A DNA stretch of 64,000 nucleotides from Eledone cirrhosa (GCA_964016885.1 OZ024763.1:4464001-4528000), one strand, 5' to 3'. Numbered from the stretch's first letter, positions 47,095-61,277 are shown. The notes: generated by a model from the letters alone, not told the origin. Program-made: numbers and translations.

Positions 47095-47264
47095 ATATAT
47101 ATATATATTTATTATAATAAATTTAGGAATTTATAAATTTCCGGTTGGTTGGTTGGTTGGTTCCACAACCAGATGATTGTTTATATATTGCCAAAGTTCT
47201 TTCGTCACACATTCTGTGACCTCTTCAGTGACTGGGGATTCTTTTCTTTGACGAAAGAACTTTC

Positions 47265-47305
<41 letters not shown>

Positions 47306-47368
47306 GTTTCTACTTTAGGCACAAGGCCAGCAATTACCCAGTGCATTACTGGTACTTTATATATATAA

Positions 47369-47490
47369 TCCTCATCCGGCGGCGTCAACAGAAATGGACT
47401 CAACAATTCATCTCCACGTGGGTCTGTCGTTCATTGCCGTTGCCGCCAAGTCCTGGATTTCAATACCAGAATCTCTAGTATTGATGACAT
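47369..47490 (-). mobile_element. Short RTE-like 3' terminal remnant
   Basis: Minus strand translates RDSGIEIQDLAATAMNDRPTWR. Confidence 0.55.
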
Positions 47491-47589
47491 CGGGGTTGGA
47501 GAGCTTGCACCCCCCCCCCCCCCCCCGCCGCCGTTATTAGTCACTGCTTGTGGTTTTTCAAAGTACTAACGGGGACAAATTATATATAC

Positions 47590-47785
47590 ATCGCGATGAA
47601 TTGGCAGTATCGGTAGAGAGTCGGACACCATGCTTTGCAGCATAGAGTTACGGCCCTGTATGGCCTGAGATCAAATCCCGTTGAGGTTAACTTTGCCTTT
47701 CATCTTTACGGGGTCGATAAAATAAAGTACCAGTAATACACTGGGATAATTGGTATCCTTGTGCCCCCAAAAGTAGAAACAATTA
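47590..47785 (+). mobile_element. tRNA-derived SINE (family A)
   Basis: TTGGCAGTATCGGTAGAG ... GCCTTTCATCTTTACGGGGTCGATAAAATAAAGTACC ... GTAGAAACAATT. Confidence 0.85.
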
Positions 47786-47816
47786 TATATATTTATATAT
47801 TCAACTAGTCATCACA

Positions 47817-48394
<578 letters not shown>

Positions 48395-48706
48395 AGTGTT
48401 GCATTGGTTGTTGTCCTGCTCTGACATTTAAACATTTAAATCTTCATGGCTATTTCGTCATCTTCCTTCTGCCTACGAGAGAAGAACGGACATTATTGAT
48501 TTCGTTCGATAAAGAATTATAATATCACAGAAACTCATTTGATATTTCTACCCTTCGGTAAATGGAGAAATAGAAAAGAAAAAAAAAAAAAGAAAGAAAA
48601 GGAGACAAAAAGAAAAGAAAAAAGAATAGCAAACAAGACAAAGAAAAATAATTAAACTAGAAAACAAAAATATTTTCCTCCCTACGTCTCTCTCTGTGTG
48701 TGTATA

Positions 48707-48755
<49 letters not shown>

Positions 48756-48760
<5 letters not shown>

Positions 48761-49030
48761 AAAAAGTATGACCCCGACGGCAGAGCTCAAGCCGTTTCGA
48801 GGGCTATTTCTGGACTCAGAAATAGAGTCCAGAAATAGCCGTCGAAACGGCTTGAGCTCTGCCGTCGGGGGTCATACTTTTTCCTATTACCCACTCTACT
48901 ACCCTAAGTACTCAATACTTAGGGTAGTAGAGTGGAAAATAGGAACGAGTAGGACCCCGACGGCTGAGCGTTTCAGAATTAGCCGTCGAAACGGCTTGAG
49001 CTCAGCCGTCGGGGTCCTACGCGTTCCTAT
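48756..49030. mobile_element. 275-bp triple-hairpin element in (TA)n, superfamily unknown
   Basis: Hairpin 48756-48887, central hairpin 48891-48935 (20-bp arms, CTCAA loop) and hairpin 48939-49030; ends TAGGAA..TTCCTA; homologous to 19272-19410. Confidence 0.85.
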
Positions 49031-49091
49031 ATATAAATATATATAATTTTCTCTGACGTCCTCTGTCTACGTCCATCACACTCGCTATCTG

Positions 49092-50201
49092 TCTGTCGCT
49101 CTCTTTCTAACTCTGTCGCTCTCTTTCTAACTCTGTCGCTCTCTTTCTAACTCTGTTGCTCTCTTTCTAACTCTGTTGCTCTCTTTCTAACTCTGTCGCT
49201 CTCTTTCTAACTCTGTCGCTCTCTTTCTAACTCTGTCGCTCTCTTTCGAACTCTGTCGCTCTCTTTCTAACTCTGTCGCTCTCTTTCTAACTCTGTCGCT
49301 CTCTTTCTAACTCTGTCGCTCTCTTCCTAACTCTGTCGCTCTCTTTCTAACTCTGTTGCTCTCTTTCTAACTCTGTCGCTCTCTTTCTAACTCTGTCGCT
49401 CTCTTTCTAACTCTGTTGCTCTCTTTCTAACTCTGTCGCTCTCTTTCTAACTTTGTTGCTCTCTTTCTAACTCTGTCGCTCTCTTTCTAACTCTGTCGCT
49501 CTCTTTCTAACTCTGTTGCTCTCTTTCTAACTCTGTCGCTCTCTTTCTAACTCTGTTGCTCTCTTTCTAACTCTGTCGCTCTCTTTCTAACTCTGTCGCT
49601 CTCTTTCTAACTCTGTCGCTCTCTTTTTAACTCTGCCGCTCTCTTTCTAACTCTGTCGCTCTCTTTCTAACTCTGTCGCTCTCTTTCTAACTCTGTCGCT
49701 CTCTTTCTAACTCTGTTGCTCTCTTTCTAACTCTGTCGCTCTCTTTCTAACTCTTGCTCTCTTTCTAACTCTGTCGCTCTCTTTCTAACTCTGTCGCTCT
49801 CTTTCTAACTCTGTCGCTCTCTTTCTAACTCTGTCGCTCTCTTTCTAACTCTGTTGCTCTCTTTCTAACTCTGTCGCTCTTTTTCTAACTCTGTCGCTCT
49901 CTTTCTAACTCTGTCGCTCTCTTTCTAACTCTGTCGCTCTCTTTCTAACTCTGCCGCTCTCTTTCTAACTCTGTCGCTCTCTTTTTAACTCTGTTGCTCT
50001 CTTTCTAACTCTGTCGCTCTCTTTCTAACTCTGTTGCTCTATTTCTAACTCTGTCGCTCTCTTTCTAACTCTGTCGCTCTCTTTCTAACTCTGTCGCTCT
50101 CTTTCTAACTCTGTCGCTCTCTTTCTAACTCTGTCGCTCTCTTTCTAACTCTGTTGCTCTCTTTCTAACTCTGTCGCTCTCTTTCTAACTCTGTCGCTCT
50201 C
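49092..50201. repeat. 20-bp minisatellite, ~55 units
   Basis: Unit CTCTGTCGCTCTCTTTCTAA. Confidence 0.97.
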
Positions 50202-50361
50202 AAACCGTCTTAAAACCGCCCACGTACTCTTTACCTTTTGCGCCAAGTAGCAGATAATTACTCCACTTGAATAACGCACTCATTGTTCTGCCGTGACAAT
50301 GTTACTAAACAGAGACAAAGCTCGCACCCCAATCACACTCCACATCTCTCCTCTAGATGTT

Positions 50362-50402
<41 letters not shown>

Positions 50403-51439
50403 GTATGTGTTATGTTGGTTGTCTTTGCACTTTCTGGGAAACCATTTAATGGAGAGATTATCACCTTCTCGCCCTCTCCCCCTCTCTCTCTCTGTGACGT
50501 TTGATATAAAATTTTGGAAACTAAACTAACTGTATTCCTCCTCCACGTACTTCGATTCATTTACATTATACAACAATAACAACAACAATAATAATAATGA
50601 TGAGGATTTCTTTATTGTCCAGATAATAATAATAGTAACAGTAACAATGGGAACTGCAGGAAACCCTCTCTCGAGTATTGATTTCTCTCTAGAGAGAAAA
50701 AGCAAGCTTAGAAGAAGACGACGAAGTAAAAGATGGATGATGAAGAGGGGGGAGGAGAAGAGGAAGAAGTGGAATAGAAGAGATTTTCGGTGGATGGATT
50801 TCACAATGTTTTGCACTCGAGCTGATGCACCTGTTCGTTGTTTAATGTCGCTGTTGCTGTATTGATCTATTTATCTATAAATATATTCTGACAGTTTATA
50901 TAGAATTCTATTAGCCCTGCTACTGTTAAGGTGTTGAAATAATAAGGAGGATGTATCGTTTTGAGAATCACTTAAATGGCCACAAGGGCCGTGTCGTGTC
51001 GGTTCGCATCGTGTTCGGTCTGAAAGGATTTGATTCTTCTGACTATAAACTGAAGACTCAACCGCTCGGTTCCGTTCGGTTCCGTTCGGTTCCGTTCGGT
51101 TCCGTTCGGTTCTGTTCGAAGAGGCACGCAATCTTTTCTGAACCTTTTTATTATTATTGTGCATACGATGAATGAGTCAGATTTCTGGGCCCTTCAACAA
51201 GCAGCACCATCACCACCATCACCACCACCACCACCACCACCACCACCACCACCACCACCACCACCACCACCATCACCACCATCACCACCACCACGCAGGA
51301 GCACCGTAGTGATATACAGCGTTTCTTGGGTATTTTAAGGCTGGCGGAGAAGGATAGAAAGGATAGAAAGTGAGAGAGAGGAAGCGAGAAAGTTTGGACT
51401 GGGTCAAGTCAAGTTTTTGTGGTTTCCCTGGATTATCTT

Positions 51440-51800
51440 ACTACTGGCTACCATGTAACCTAGTACTACCTGCCACATTGGGCCAGGTAATCCATATAGG
51501 AGAAGGAAAACTCTGAATCAGAACCTTCGCTTACTTGCGGGTGGTATCCAGTTATGGGAAGTCTTCAGGACTAAACCATGTGGAAAAATCCGAAGTTGTA
51601 ATCAACGACAAACCCTTAAGGCAGTTTGTCGTTGACTACAACTTCGTTCTGGCAGCTCCTGCGACATTGCTGCTGCCACTGGGTAGCAGCCTTGCTGTTC
51701 CTTTGGATCCAGCAGCCTTGTGGAGAGGGGGACATACTGCATGGGCAACATCCTGTCCTCGAAATCATATCGCTCAGGCCTGTATCCAGCTACACCATTG
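51440..51800 (+). mobile_element. Probable RTE-type 5' UTR fragment
   Basis: TAGGAGAAGGAAAACTCTGAA and CTGGCAGCTCCTGCGAC motifs that I recall from RTE 5' UTRs; shares CTACTGG..CATGTAACC.AGTAC.ACCTG with the 55.8 and 61.85 kb repeat. Confidence 0.5.
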
Positions 51801-52604
51801 ATATATGCCGTAGGAGGTTTAAGAATTTAGGTGAACATCCAAAGACTCTGATAAAGCTCAGTACAATTTCTGTTTTCTGAGTCAAATGACTTTGGTAGAT
51901 CCAGAAATAATCCTTCCAACACGAAGGATGACTCGAGCTATCATAACCTGTGTGGAACTGGCCTAGGATATTCTAGAATTCGGATGAGTAGTTACTGCGT
52001 CAAAAGCCCTAATGTTGTTCTCACCGCACTTCTGTCACCCCCCGGTATTGGCCAGTATGTCGATAGGCCAAGAGTTTTAAAGTAACCCGGGACACAGTTT
52101 GAGAGCTGTGTAAATGATCAAAGGGGGTCGGTTGTAGTTGGATCAGGTTGTTGGGTGTTTTTTCTTTTTCTATCACCGGAAGTGCTAGCGATTAGGTTCT
52201 GTTATTTCATACATTTTTACACCTTTAACTGTTCCATACTGGGACACCGCCATTGAAAACAACCAAACTCAATAAGAAATTTATGCCAATGCAAGGGGCA
52301 TTGCAGTAAAGTTGTTTGATTTATGATCACAAGGTCGTGGGTTCGATTCCGGAAGACAGATATTGATGAATCCTTTAGTAAAATAGTTTTAAAAAGAAAA
52401 CTAAACAAATATCATTAAGGCCCTTCATTTCAGCAACCCCAAGAACGATGGTCAACTTCCTTAACCCCACCATAACATTTCCCCCGCCCCTACTACAAAA
52501 TAGAACTAATGTCCACACAACGGCTGCCTTCTATGACATCAATAGCACCAGTAACGTCAAACCCATCACTATTGCCATAACTACAGTTACCGTGGCCACT
52601 AACA

Positions 52605-53089
52605 CACACACATCAATAACATCACACACACACCTCAATACCATCACACACACACACCCCAATACCATCACACACACACACCTCAATACCATCACACACA
52701 CACCTCAATATCATCACACACACACACACCCCAATACCATCACACACACACCTCAATACCATCACACACACACCTCAATACCATCACACACACACCCCAA
52801 TACCATCACACACACACCCCAATACCATCACACACACACCTCAATACCATCACACACACACACCCCAATACCATCACACACACACATCAATAACATCACA
52901 CACACACCTCAATACCATCACACACACACACACACACCTCAATACCATCACACACACACACCTCAATACCATCACACACACACCTCAATACCATCACACA
53001 CACACACCTCAATACCATCACACACACACACCTCAATACCATCACACACACACCCCAATACCATCACACACACACACAACTCAATACCA

Positions 53090-53132
<43 letters not shown>

Positions 53133-53400
53133 AATACCATCACACACACACACACACCAATACCATCACACACACACCCCAATACCATCACACACACACA
53201 CCAATACCATCACATACACACACACCTCATTACCATCACACACACATCACACACACACACACACCTCATTACCATCACACACACATCACACACACACACA
53301 CACACACACACCTCATTACCATCACACACACATCACACACACACACACACACCTCATTACCATCACACACACATCACACACACACACACCTCATTACCAT
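52605..53400. repeat. CA-rich minisatellite (CACACAC-CTCAATACCAT, variable length)
   Basis: Direct reading. Confidence 0.92.
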
Positions 53401-53459
53401 CGCGACCGCCACTCTCACTACTACCACTACCATCACAGCCCAACACTTCACTATAACAA

Positions 53460-54140
53460 TACACCGTTCACACCACCACCAACACCACAAGCAGCAGCAC
53501 CACCACCAACACCAACACCACCACCACCACCAACACCAACACCAACACCAACACCAACACCACCACCACCACCACTACCACCAACACCAACACCACCACC
53601 ACCACAAGCAGCACCACCACCACCACCACCAACACCACCACCACAAGCAGCAGCACCACCACCACCACCACCACAAGCATCAGCAGCACCACCACCACCA
53701 CAAGCAGCAGCACCACCAACACCACCACCACAAGCAGCAGCACCACCAACACCACCACCACAAGCAGCAGCACCACCACCAACACCAACACCACCACCAC
53801 CAACACCACCACCACCACAAGCAGCAGCAGCACCACCACCACCACCACAAGTAGCACCACCACCACCACCACCACAAGCAGCAGCACCACCACCACCAAC
53901 ACCAACACCACCACCACAAGCAGCAGAACCACCACCACCAACACCTCCACCACAAGCAGCAGCACCACCACCACCAACACCACCACCACAAGCACCAGCA
54001 GCACCACCACCACCACCACCACAAGCAGCAGCAGCACCACCACCACAAGCAGCAGCACCACCAACACCACCACCACAAGCAGCAGCAGCACCACCACCAC
54101 CACCACGAACCACTGCCCCTCCCCCCTCCACCACCACCAA
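53460..54140. repeat. (CAC/CAA/CAG)n compound repeat
   Basis: Direct reading; source of the His/Gln and Gly/Ala/Cys ORFs. Confidence 0.92.
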
Positions 54141-54381
54141 CTAGTTCCCCACCCCTCCCCCATCTCATTTAAAACATAACTATTGCCCACCAGAATTGCT
54201 ATCTTTTTGACCGAGCATTCATTTCAGTTAATTAAAAAAAACCCAATAAATAAATATATATATATATATGGTGGGTGGGTGGGTGGGGTGGGGGTGGGTG
54301 GGGGGTTATGTGGGCGTCTGTATGTATATATATATGTGCATACATGCACATACATACGCGCACACTCACACACACATATGT

Positions 54382-54412
<31 letters not shown>

Positions 54413-54825
54413 CGTGTGTGTGAAAATTCCATTGATGGAATATAACTTGAGACGAACAAAGAAGGAGGAGGGGGATAAGAAGGAAGAGGAGGATAAGAAG
54501 AAGAAGAAGAAGGATGGATAAGAAGGGGGGAGGAGGATAAGAAGGAAGAGGAGGATAAGAAGGGGGGACGAGGAGAAGAAGAAGGATGGATAAGAAGGGG
54601 GAGGAGGATAAGAAGGGAGGAGGAGGATAAGAAGGGGGGAGGAGGATAAGAAGGAAGAGGAGGATAAGAAGGAAGAGGAGGAGAAGAAGGGGGGACGAGG
54701 AGAAGAAGGATGGATAAGAAGGGGGAGGAGGATAATAAGGGAGGAGGAGGATAAGAAGAAGAAGAAGGATGGATAAGAAGATCAAATCCTCAGTTATTCT
54801 GAAGATTTGATCAGAGGTAAATAAT

Positions 54826-55059
54826 TGTTTCTACTTTAGGCACAAGGCCAGCAATTACTCCAGTGCATTACTGGTACTTTATTTTATCGACCCCCGTAAG
54901 GATGAAAGGCAAAGTTAACCTCGGCGGGATTTGAACTCAGACCATAAAGGGCCGTAACTCTTTGCTGCAAAGCATGGCGTCCGACCCTCTACCGATACTG
55001 CCAATCCACCACCCTAACATGGCGTCCGACCCTCTACCGATACTGCCAATCCACTGCCC
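54826..55059 (-). mobile_element. Family-A SINE with duplicated 45-bp head and 15-bp TSD
   Basis: TCAGAGGTAAATAAT at 54811-54825 and 55060-55074; the head unit is present twice. Confidence 0.92.
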
Positions 55060-55208
55060 TCAGAGGTAAATAATGTAATGGAGATCGAGTGACGGAACTT
55101 CGAGCGATTAGCGACTTCTAGACTCACCTGATCAATGAAACAACTGTTAATAAAGCCCCTTGTTGTACAGCCAACTATGTTACTCTTGATTCTTTTACTA
55201 TATATATG

Positions 55209-55817
55209 ATGGCTGCCCCCTCGTTATCGAGTATGGCCATTGCATGATATACCATTATTAATAATTATTAATTAATTCTATCGTGCAATGCCTGTGCGTG
55301 AAGATATTTTTTAAAGTGAGGAAAGACTGTGCACTGAGCCAATCCCACTCTCTGAGTGACAGTAGCTATGACCCGAAAAGAAGAAAATATCAACATCATC
55401 GGTAACTACTGAGCCGCAGGTTTTATGTTGGAGTTATCCCAGTTTCCTGAGCTGCCTTCTCCTAGAAGAATGCCCTGACAAATGCTAGGGGTCCTTCACT
55501 CCCAGTGGTTTAACCGCGCGATCGGGTGTCCAGCTCGATTATTTCTATGTCCCCGCGCATGTATATACACATGCACCCATGTATATACACATATACATAT
55601 ACATACACATGTACATGTGTATATACATATTTACACACTTTTGGATGGCCGTTGACTCTTATGAGATCTTCCGCCCTTTGTCAGGTTTTGTTTTTTGTCC
55701 TGCAGGGTGTCCAAAATCACCCTCCTCACCAAGTAAACTTGGTGGGGTTGCCGGTTTAGTCGCCGACGACCCGACCATGCGACAGGTTGTACTGGGTTAC
55801 ATGTTACCAATAGCACT
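55209..55817. mobile_element. Diverged relative of the 7.2/61.3-kb dispersed repeat
   Basis: Same left end (ATGGCTGCC..CTCGTT.TCGAGTA.GGCCA) and same right part (TTTTGGATGGCC.TTGACTCTTA ... GGTTGTACTGGG.TACATGTTACC). Confidence 0.7.
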
Positions 55818-56169
55818 CCCCTCTCTCTCTCTGTATATATATATATATACATACATACATACATACATACATACATACATACATACATACATACATACAT
55901 ACATACATACATACATAGATAGATATGTTTCTTTTATTTGCCACCAGGGCATCAAAAGTGGGACAAGTACAATGGGGTGAGTTTACAAAACAAGGCGTCC
56001 TCAATAGGGAGGAGGCAATAACAATATATAAAAATAAAATAAAATATAACAAAAAATAGAATTATAACAAAATCCTCAATAGAGGATTTTGTTATAAAAT
56101 ATAACAAAAAATAAAATTTATAACAAAATTTATAACAAAATTTATAACAAGATAGATAGATAGATAGAT

Positions 56170-56697
56170 TTCTTTATTAGCCACAAGGGCGCAACAAGAA
56201 AGGGGACAATACAAAGACATGCCGGGGATTTTACATACAGTCGTGTAAAAAAATATAAAAACAAACAATTTCAACAATCGAAATCCCCAATAGGGGGGAG
56301 GCGCCACAAATGGGTTGTTTAATACCCCGTCGATAGAACAACCCTCAACTCAAGGAGCGTGTTGTGCAAGTGCTCCTTTCTTCCTTTTGCTCTCTTCCTC
56401 AACCTACAGGCTTATAAACAGAGAAGGCCCAATCACTCGGGCCATTTTCGCTTCATTCACCCACCTTTCAGTAAATTTACTGGGGTGCAGTGCCTCTCTC
56501 TCCACCCTGATTCTCCTTCTAAAGTGATACTTAAAGAATGGAATCAATTGTTGTCCGGAGAGAAAGGCATCTGTCCTCAGTCCTCTCAACCTCGTCCACC
56601 ATATAACTTCTTTCACCATAGCCACCGTACAGAGGAAAACCGCCTCTCTTTCGTTTTTGAAAGAGTCTGGCGGTTTGATCCTTACTATGGACTCGGC
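56170..56697 (-). mobile_element. 3' end of an L1/Tx1-like LINE within (GATA)n
   Basis: AMVKEVIWWTRLRG..FKYHFRRRIRVERE..KFTERW resembles Tx1 C-termini; AATAAA next to the GATA repeat; GATA repeats on both sides. Confidence 0.6.
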
Positions 56698-56978
56698 ATA
56701 GATAGATAGATAGATAGGCCAGCAGCACTGTTAAAAGTTCTATCTTAAATGCAAACAAAATGACGCCAGAGCAACACAATCTAGGAAACCAGAGAAATAC
56801 TGTCTGAACACAGCCATCATATACACAGCATGCTAGACAAATGAAAGAAAAACTAATAATCACAGCCGTCACAAATATACTCAACAAAACACAATCCCGA
56901 GCAAAACAGTAAGGTGTATGCTAATTGCTTACACGGAGGCGACCACCAACGTCATCAAGTTCCAGCCCCCATAATACG

Positions 56979-57014
<36 letters not shown>

Positions 57015-57134
57015 GTCAACATACATACCTACATCAGCACACATCTCTACCCACATATAAACACAATGACACACGTAAACACACATGCTCTATGGTGCAA
57101 TACAAAAAAATATATGTGCATATATATGTATGTA

Positions 57135-57177
<43 letters not shown>

Positions 57178-57515
57178 AATATATGTATGTGTATATATAT
57201 ATATATAGTGAATATCATTTCACACTTTTTATTGTTAAGATTTTTGATGTTCTATTAAGAGAACCGATTTTACTGAAAAAAATCGAATAATGTACACCAT
57301 TTTACCAGGGGGAAAAAAATACTGGTCCACCCACACACACACACATATATATACACAAACACATACACACGCGTACATCAACATACAAAGAGACTTATAC
57401 ACACACACACACACGCACTTCTCCGTATAAGACAAAAGCTGAAAAATATCTTTTGACATCTAAAATACCCCCCATTGCTTTCAGACACATTCTTACTGAC
57501 CATCGAATTACTCTG

Positions 57516-57649
<134 letters not shown>

Positions 57650-57715
57650 ATCTTAATAGCCATTTGACACACATCGCTGCTGGCCATTGTCGCAGCATCG
57701 AACACCTTACTACTA

Positions 57716-57805
<90 letters not shown>

Positions 57806-58215
57806 ACACACATATTTGTTGTGAAAGAGTCATTTCTCAATCTTGGCGCAAAACCAATTTTTTATCCACATGACCTCTACCGACCAATCAAAATTGTTTT
57901 GACCAAGAATTTTTGCTGGAGCCACTTTTTTAACATAAAAACAGTCTTGGCGCAAAATCAACTTTTTACATTCACATGACCTCTACCGACCAATCAAAAT
58001 TGTTTTGACCACAAGCATTTTTGCAACACAAAAATAACGCTGGAGCCACTTTTTTAACATAAAAACAGGTAGAATTCCCAAAACTAATCAGATCAGAGCA
58101 AACAGCACGGGCACTCTACCTCAAAATTATTTTTGAAAAGCATTTAGAAATGCGCAACCGGTAAAAACTTAAAACCAGAACCGAATACTAACCCATACAA
58201 TCACTATTCCGTTTA

Positions 58216-58698
<483 letters not shown>

Positions 58699-58859
58699 TT
58701 ATATATATATACAAAATTAAGATAAATCAAAGGAATTTAATCTAAATCAAAATTATGGGTGTCATGCCAGAAAGACATGCGCCATATCACCCGGAAAATA
58801 AGCTCTAAGATTCTAACGAGTAGTTAGATGTATGTAATATATGTTAACCAATTTCTAGT

Positions 58860-58889
<30 letters not shown>

Positions 58890-58890
<1 letters not shown>

Positions 58891-59445
58891 CGGTCACAAA
58901 CTATCATCAAACAACAATGGAATGGTTGCTGTGCATTATGGGATCGCTCTAGGTTGGGCAGCTTTCAACAAGAACAAGGAATTACTAACATCAAAACGAG
59001 TTTCCTATCATTTGAAGTTTAAGATCTTTGATATTTACATCCTACCAGTTGTGTTGTATGGTCTTGACTGTGTTAATTGGACGACAAGGTCACTTCAGAA
59101 GCTCTCTACATTTCAGAACCACACCATGAGACTTATGACTAGCAAGCGGCTCAGCGACCGTATCTGTATCAGTGAGCTGCTCAACATTACCAGACTTAGA
59201 CCAATTACATCAATTGTCAAGTCAAGAGTACTCAAACTATATGGTCATATAAAAAGATCAACTCGTGGTGTGAGTAGGTTATGTCTGGAAGGAAGGTTGG
59301 TTGGTAAGAGAAGCAGAAGCCGGCAGCCAAAACGATGGCTTGACAATGTCAACTGGACTTAATCTTTGCTCTTTGAACTCTGCTGCTGGTGATCGAACTT
59401 TGTGGAGAAAAATATATCATGTTCATGCGCAGTCTGCAACTGGCG
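58890..59445 (+). mobile_element. 3' fragment of another RTE-clade LINE
   Basis: LGWAAF..KIFDIYILPVVLYG..LKLYGHIKRS..LEGRLVGKRSRSRQPKRWLDNV. Confidence 0.88.
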
Positions 59446-59465
59446 GAGTTTAGCGTCAAATGATA

Positions 59466-59853
59466 ATTGATTCTACTTTTGGCACAAGGCCAGCAACTAC
59501 CCCAGTGCATTACTGGTACTTTATTTTATCGACCCCGTAAGGATGAAAGGCAAAGTTAACCTCCACGGGATTTGAACTCAGACCGTAAAGGGACGTAACT
59601 ATGCTGGAAAGCATGGCGTCCGACCCACCCTCTACTGATACTGCCAATTCACCGCCCTTTAGCGTCAAATAATAATTGTTTCTACTTTTTGGCACAAGGC
59701 CAGCAAATACCCAGTGCATTACTGGTACTTTATTTTATCGACCCCGTAAGGATGAAAGGCAAAGTCAACCTCAGCGGGATTTGAACTCAGATCGTTAAGG
59801 GACGTAACTATGCTGGAAAGCATGGCATCCGACCCTCTACCGATACTGCCAAT
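59466..59853 (-). mobile_element. Two tandem family-A SINEs (59466-59657 and ~59672-59853)
   Basis: Both match family A; TTTAGCGTCAAAT(G/A)ATAATT precedes each, consistent with a TSD. Confidence 0.88.
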
Positions 59854-60271
59854 GTGTCTGATGGTAGCTAAGATGCTTCCATAGGCGGTATGCCAGTTGA
59901 GCACTCTATGCTCTTACAGAGCAGAGTATGATAGAATAGAAAACAAAAAAGTCAGTGATGCATCTGAACTCAATTTATTGTGTGTTACAAATGTTTCCCC
60001 GGCCGACAGTTGGAGACGCGATCATTGTGTGGATCTGTCTGATTCTGGACCCGCAAGTTCGACGGACACGTTTAATGATTTCGGAGCATATCTCTCACTC
60101 TTTTATATATATATAATAATTTAAAAAAATTCGCTCTACATAGCTGAATACAATAAATGTAATCTGAGTTTTTCGAATATTAATAATAATATTCGATTCG
60201 TTTGTAATTATGCAAACAGCCTCTTTTTTAAAGCCATGTCAGTAGAATGAGCCCCTCATTCTTGCTCTTGT

Positions 60272-60353
60272 GTTGGCATGTAAACAGAACTGCAGACACT
60301 AATGTTTCTGGGTATTACCCTTCATCAGTACAGTTCACTGTTCGCCTGCCAAC
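60272..60353 (-). ncRNA. Type I hammerhead ribozyme motif with extended stem I
   Basis: GAACUGUA-CUGAUGA-A GGGUA A UACCC A-GAAA-CAUUAGUG-UC-UGCAGUUC; stem I extends to GUUGGCA/UGCCAAC; GUC triplet. Confidence 0.8.
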
Positions 60354-60574
60354 TGTGGCAAAGCCGGCCATTAATCGCTCGTATACAGGAAGCTGACTGG
60401 CCTGTCTGCTAATATGCAATTCAGGCCGATCAGCCAGTCTGCTAATATGCAAATCAGGCCGATCTGTATATTTTAGAAAATATAATATATTTTCACTAGC
60501 TCTGACATGAACTTTCCTCTCTAAATATGTATATAAAAACTAATAATTTAGCTCTAATAAGATAGCCCCGACAA

Positions 60575-60790
60575 TAAAGAAGTTTATAACATCCCGCCTT
60601 GAAGGATATCTCCATGCAATCCAAGAACAAGAAATCCTCATCAAATACCTACTGCATAAAAGAGGAATGTCATTATTTGGCAATAAATGTAGGCAGTATA
60701 AAACAAATATTGAAGATATTAGCCATATTATTGCCAACTTTGAAAACATGTCTTCTCGTTAATACTTCCCCATGAGGCATGATGTGATAA
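60575..60790 (+). pseudogene. R4/Dong-like non-LTR retrotransposon fragment (post-RT zinc-knuckle region)
   Basis: EGYLHAIQEQEILIKY..NKCRQYKTNIEDISHIIANFENMSSR*YFPMRHDVI matches the AIQEQ..CR.C....E.I.HI...C......Y..RHD pattern, with two Cys decayed. Confidence 0.75.
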
Positions 60791-61277
60791 TCAGAAACAA
60801 TCTGGAGAGCATTACAGAAGACAAAAATAAGAACAACTAGGAATATGTTGAGCCTCGTGGCTCAAATGAATACTAGTGTAACCTAAAAATATAAACCACC
60901 GCCAATTTACAACTGGCTTGGCGTTGTTGTTTGGGACGAAACATTAAAAACATGCCCTGTTGTTGACGTCAGCTGCCTACTCAATGTGAACGAGAAGGGA
61001 TATCAATGAACCATTGATGAGGAGACCCAGTACCCAAGATGGATGCTACAGAAGGACGCGATATCTGAAACCTTCAAAATCTATAATACAATCTTACAAC
61101 TGAAAGACTGAACGATTGTACAAGGAACGGCGAACATATCCTTCTCTTCACGACCTTACACCCGGGTGGGTCAACTAACAATTAAAAGATAGAAAAAGAA
61201 CACGCTCGTACATACATACTTACATGCATACTCAAACACATATATACACGCATACATATATATAAATATACGTACAC

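Noticed and set aside
52448-54190. His/Gln-rich and Gly/Ala/Cys-rich ORFs
   Set aside because: Compound microsatellite open in several frames on both strands.
60860-61170. Possible Gypsy integrase C-terminal remnant
   Set aside because: Only faint frameshifted motifs (GRNIKNMP); insufficient without a search.
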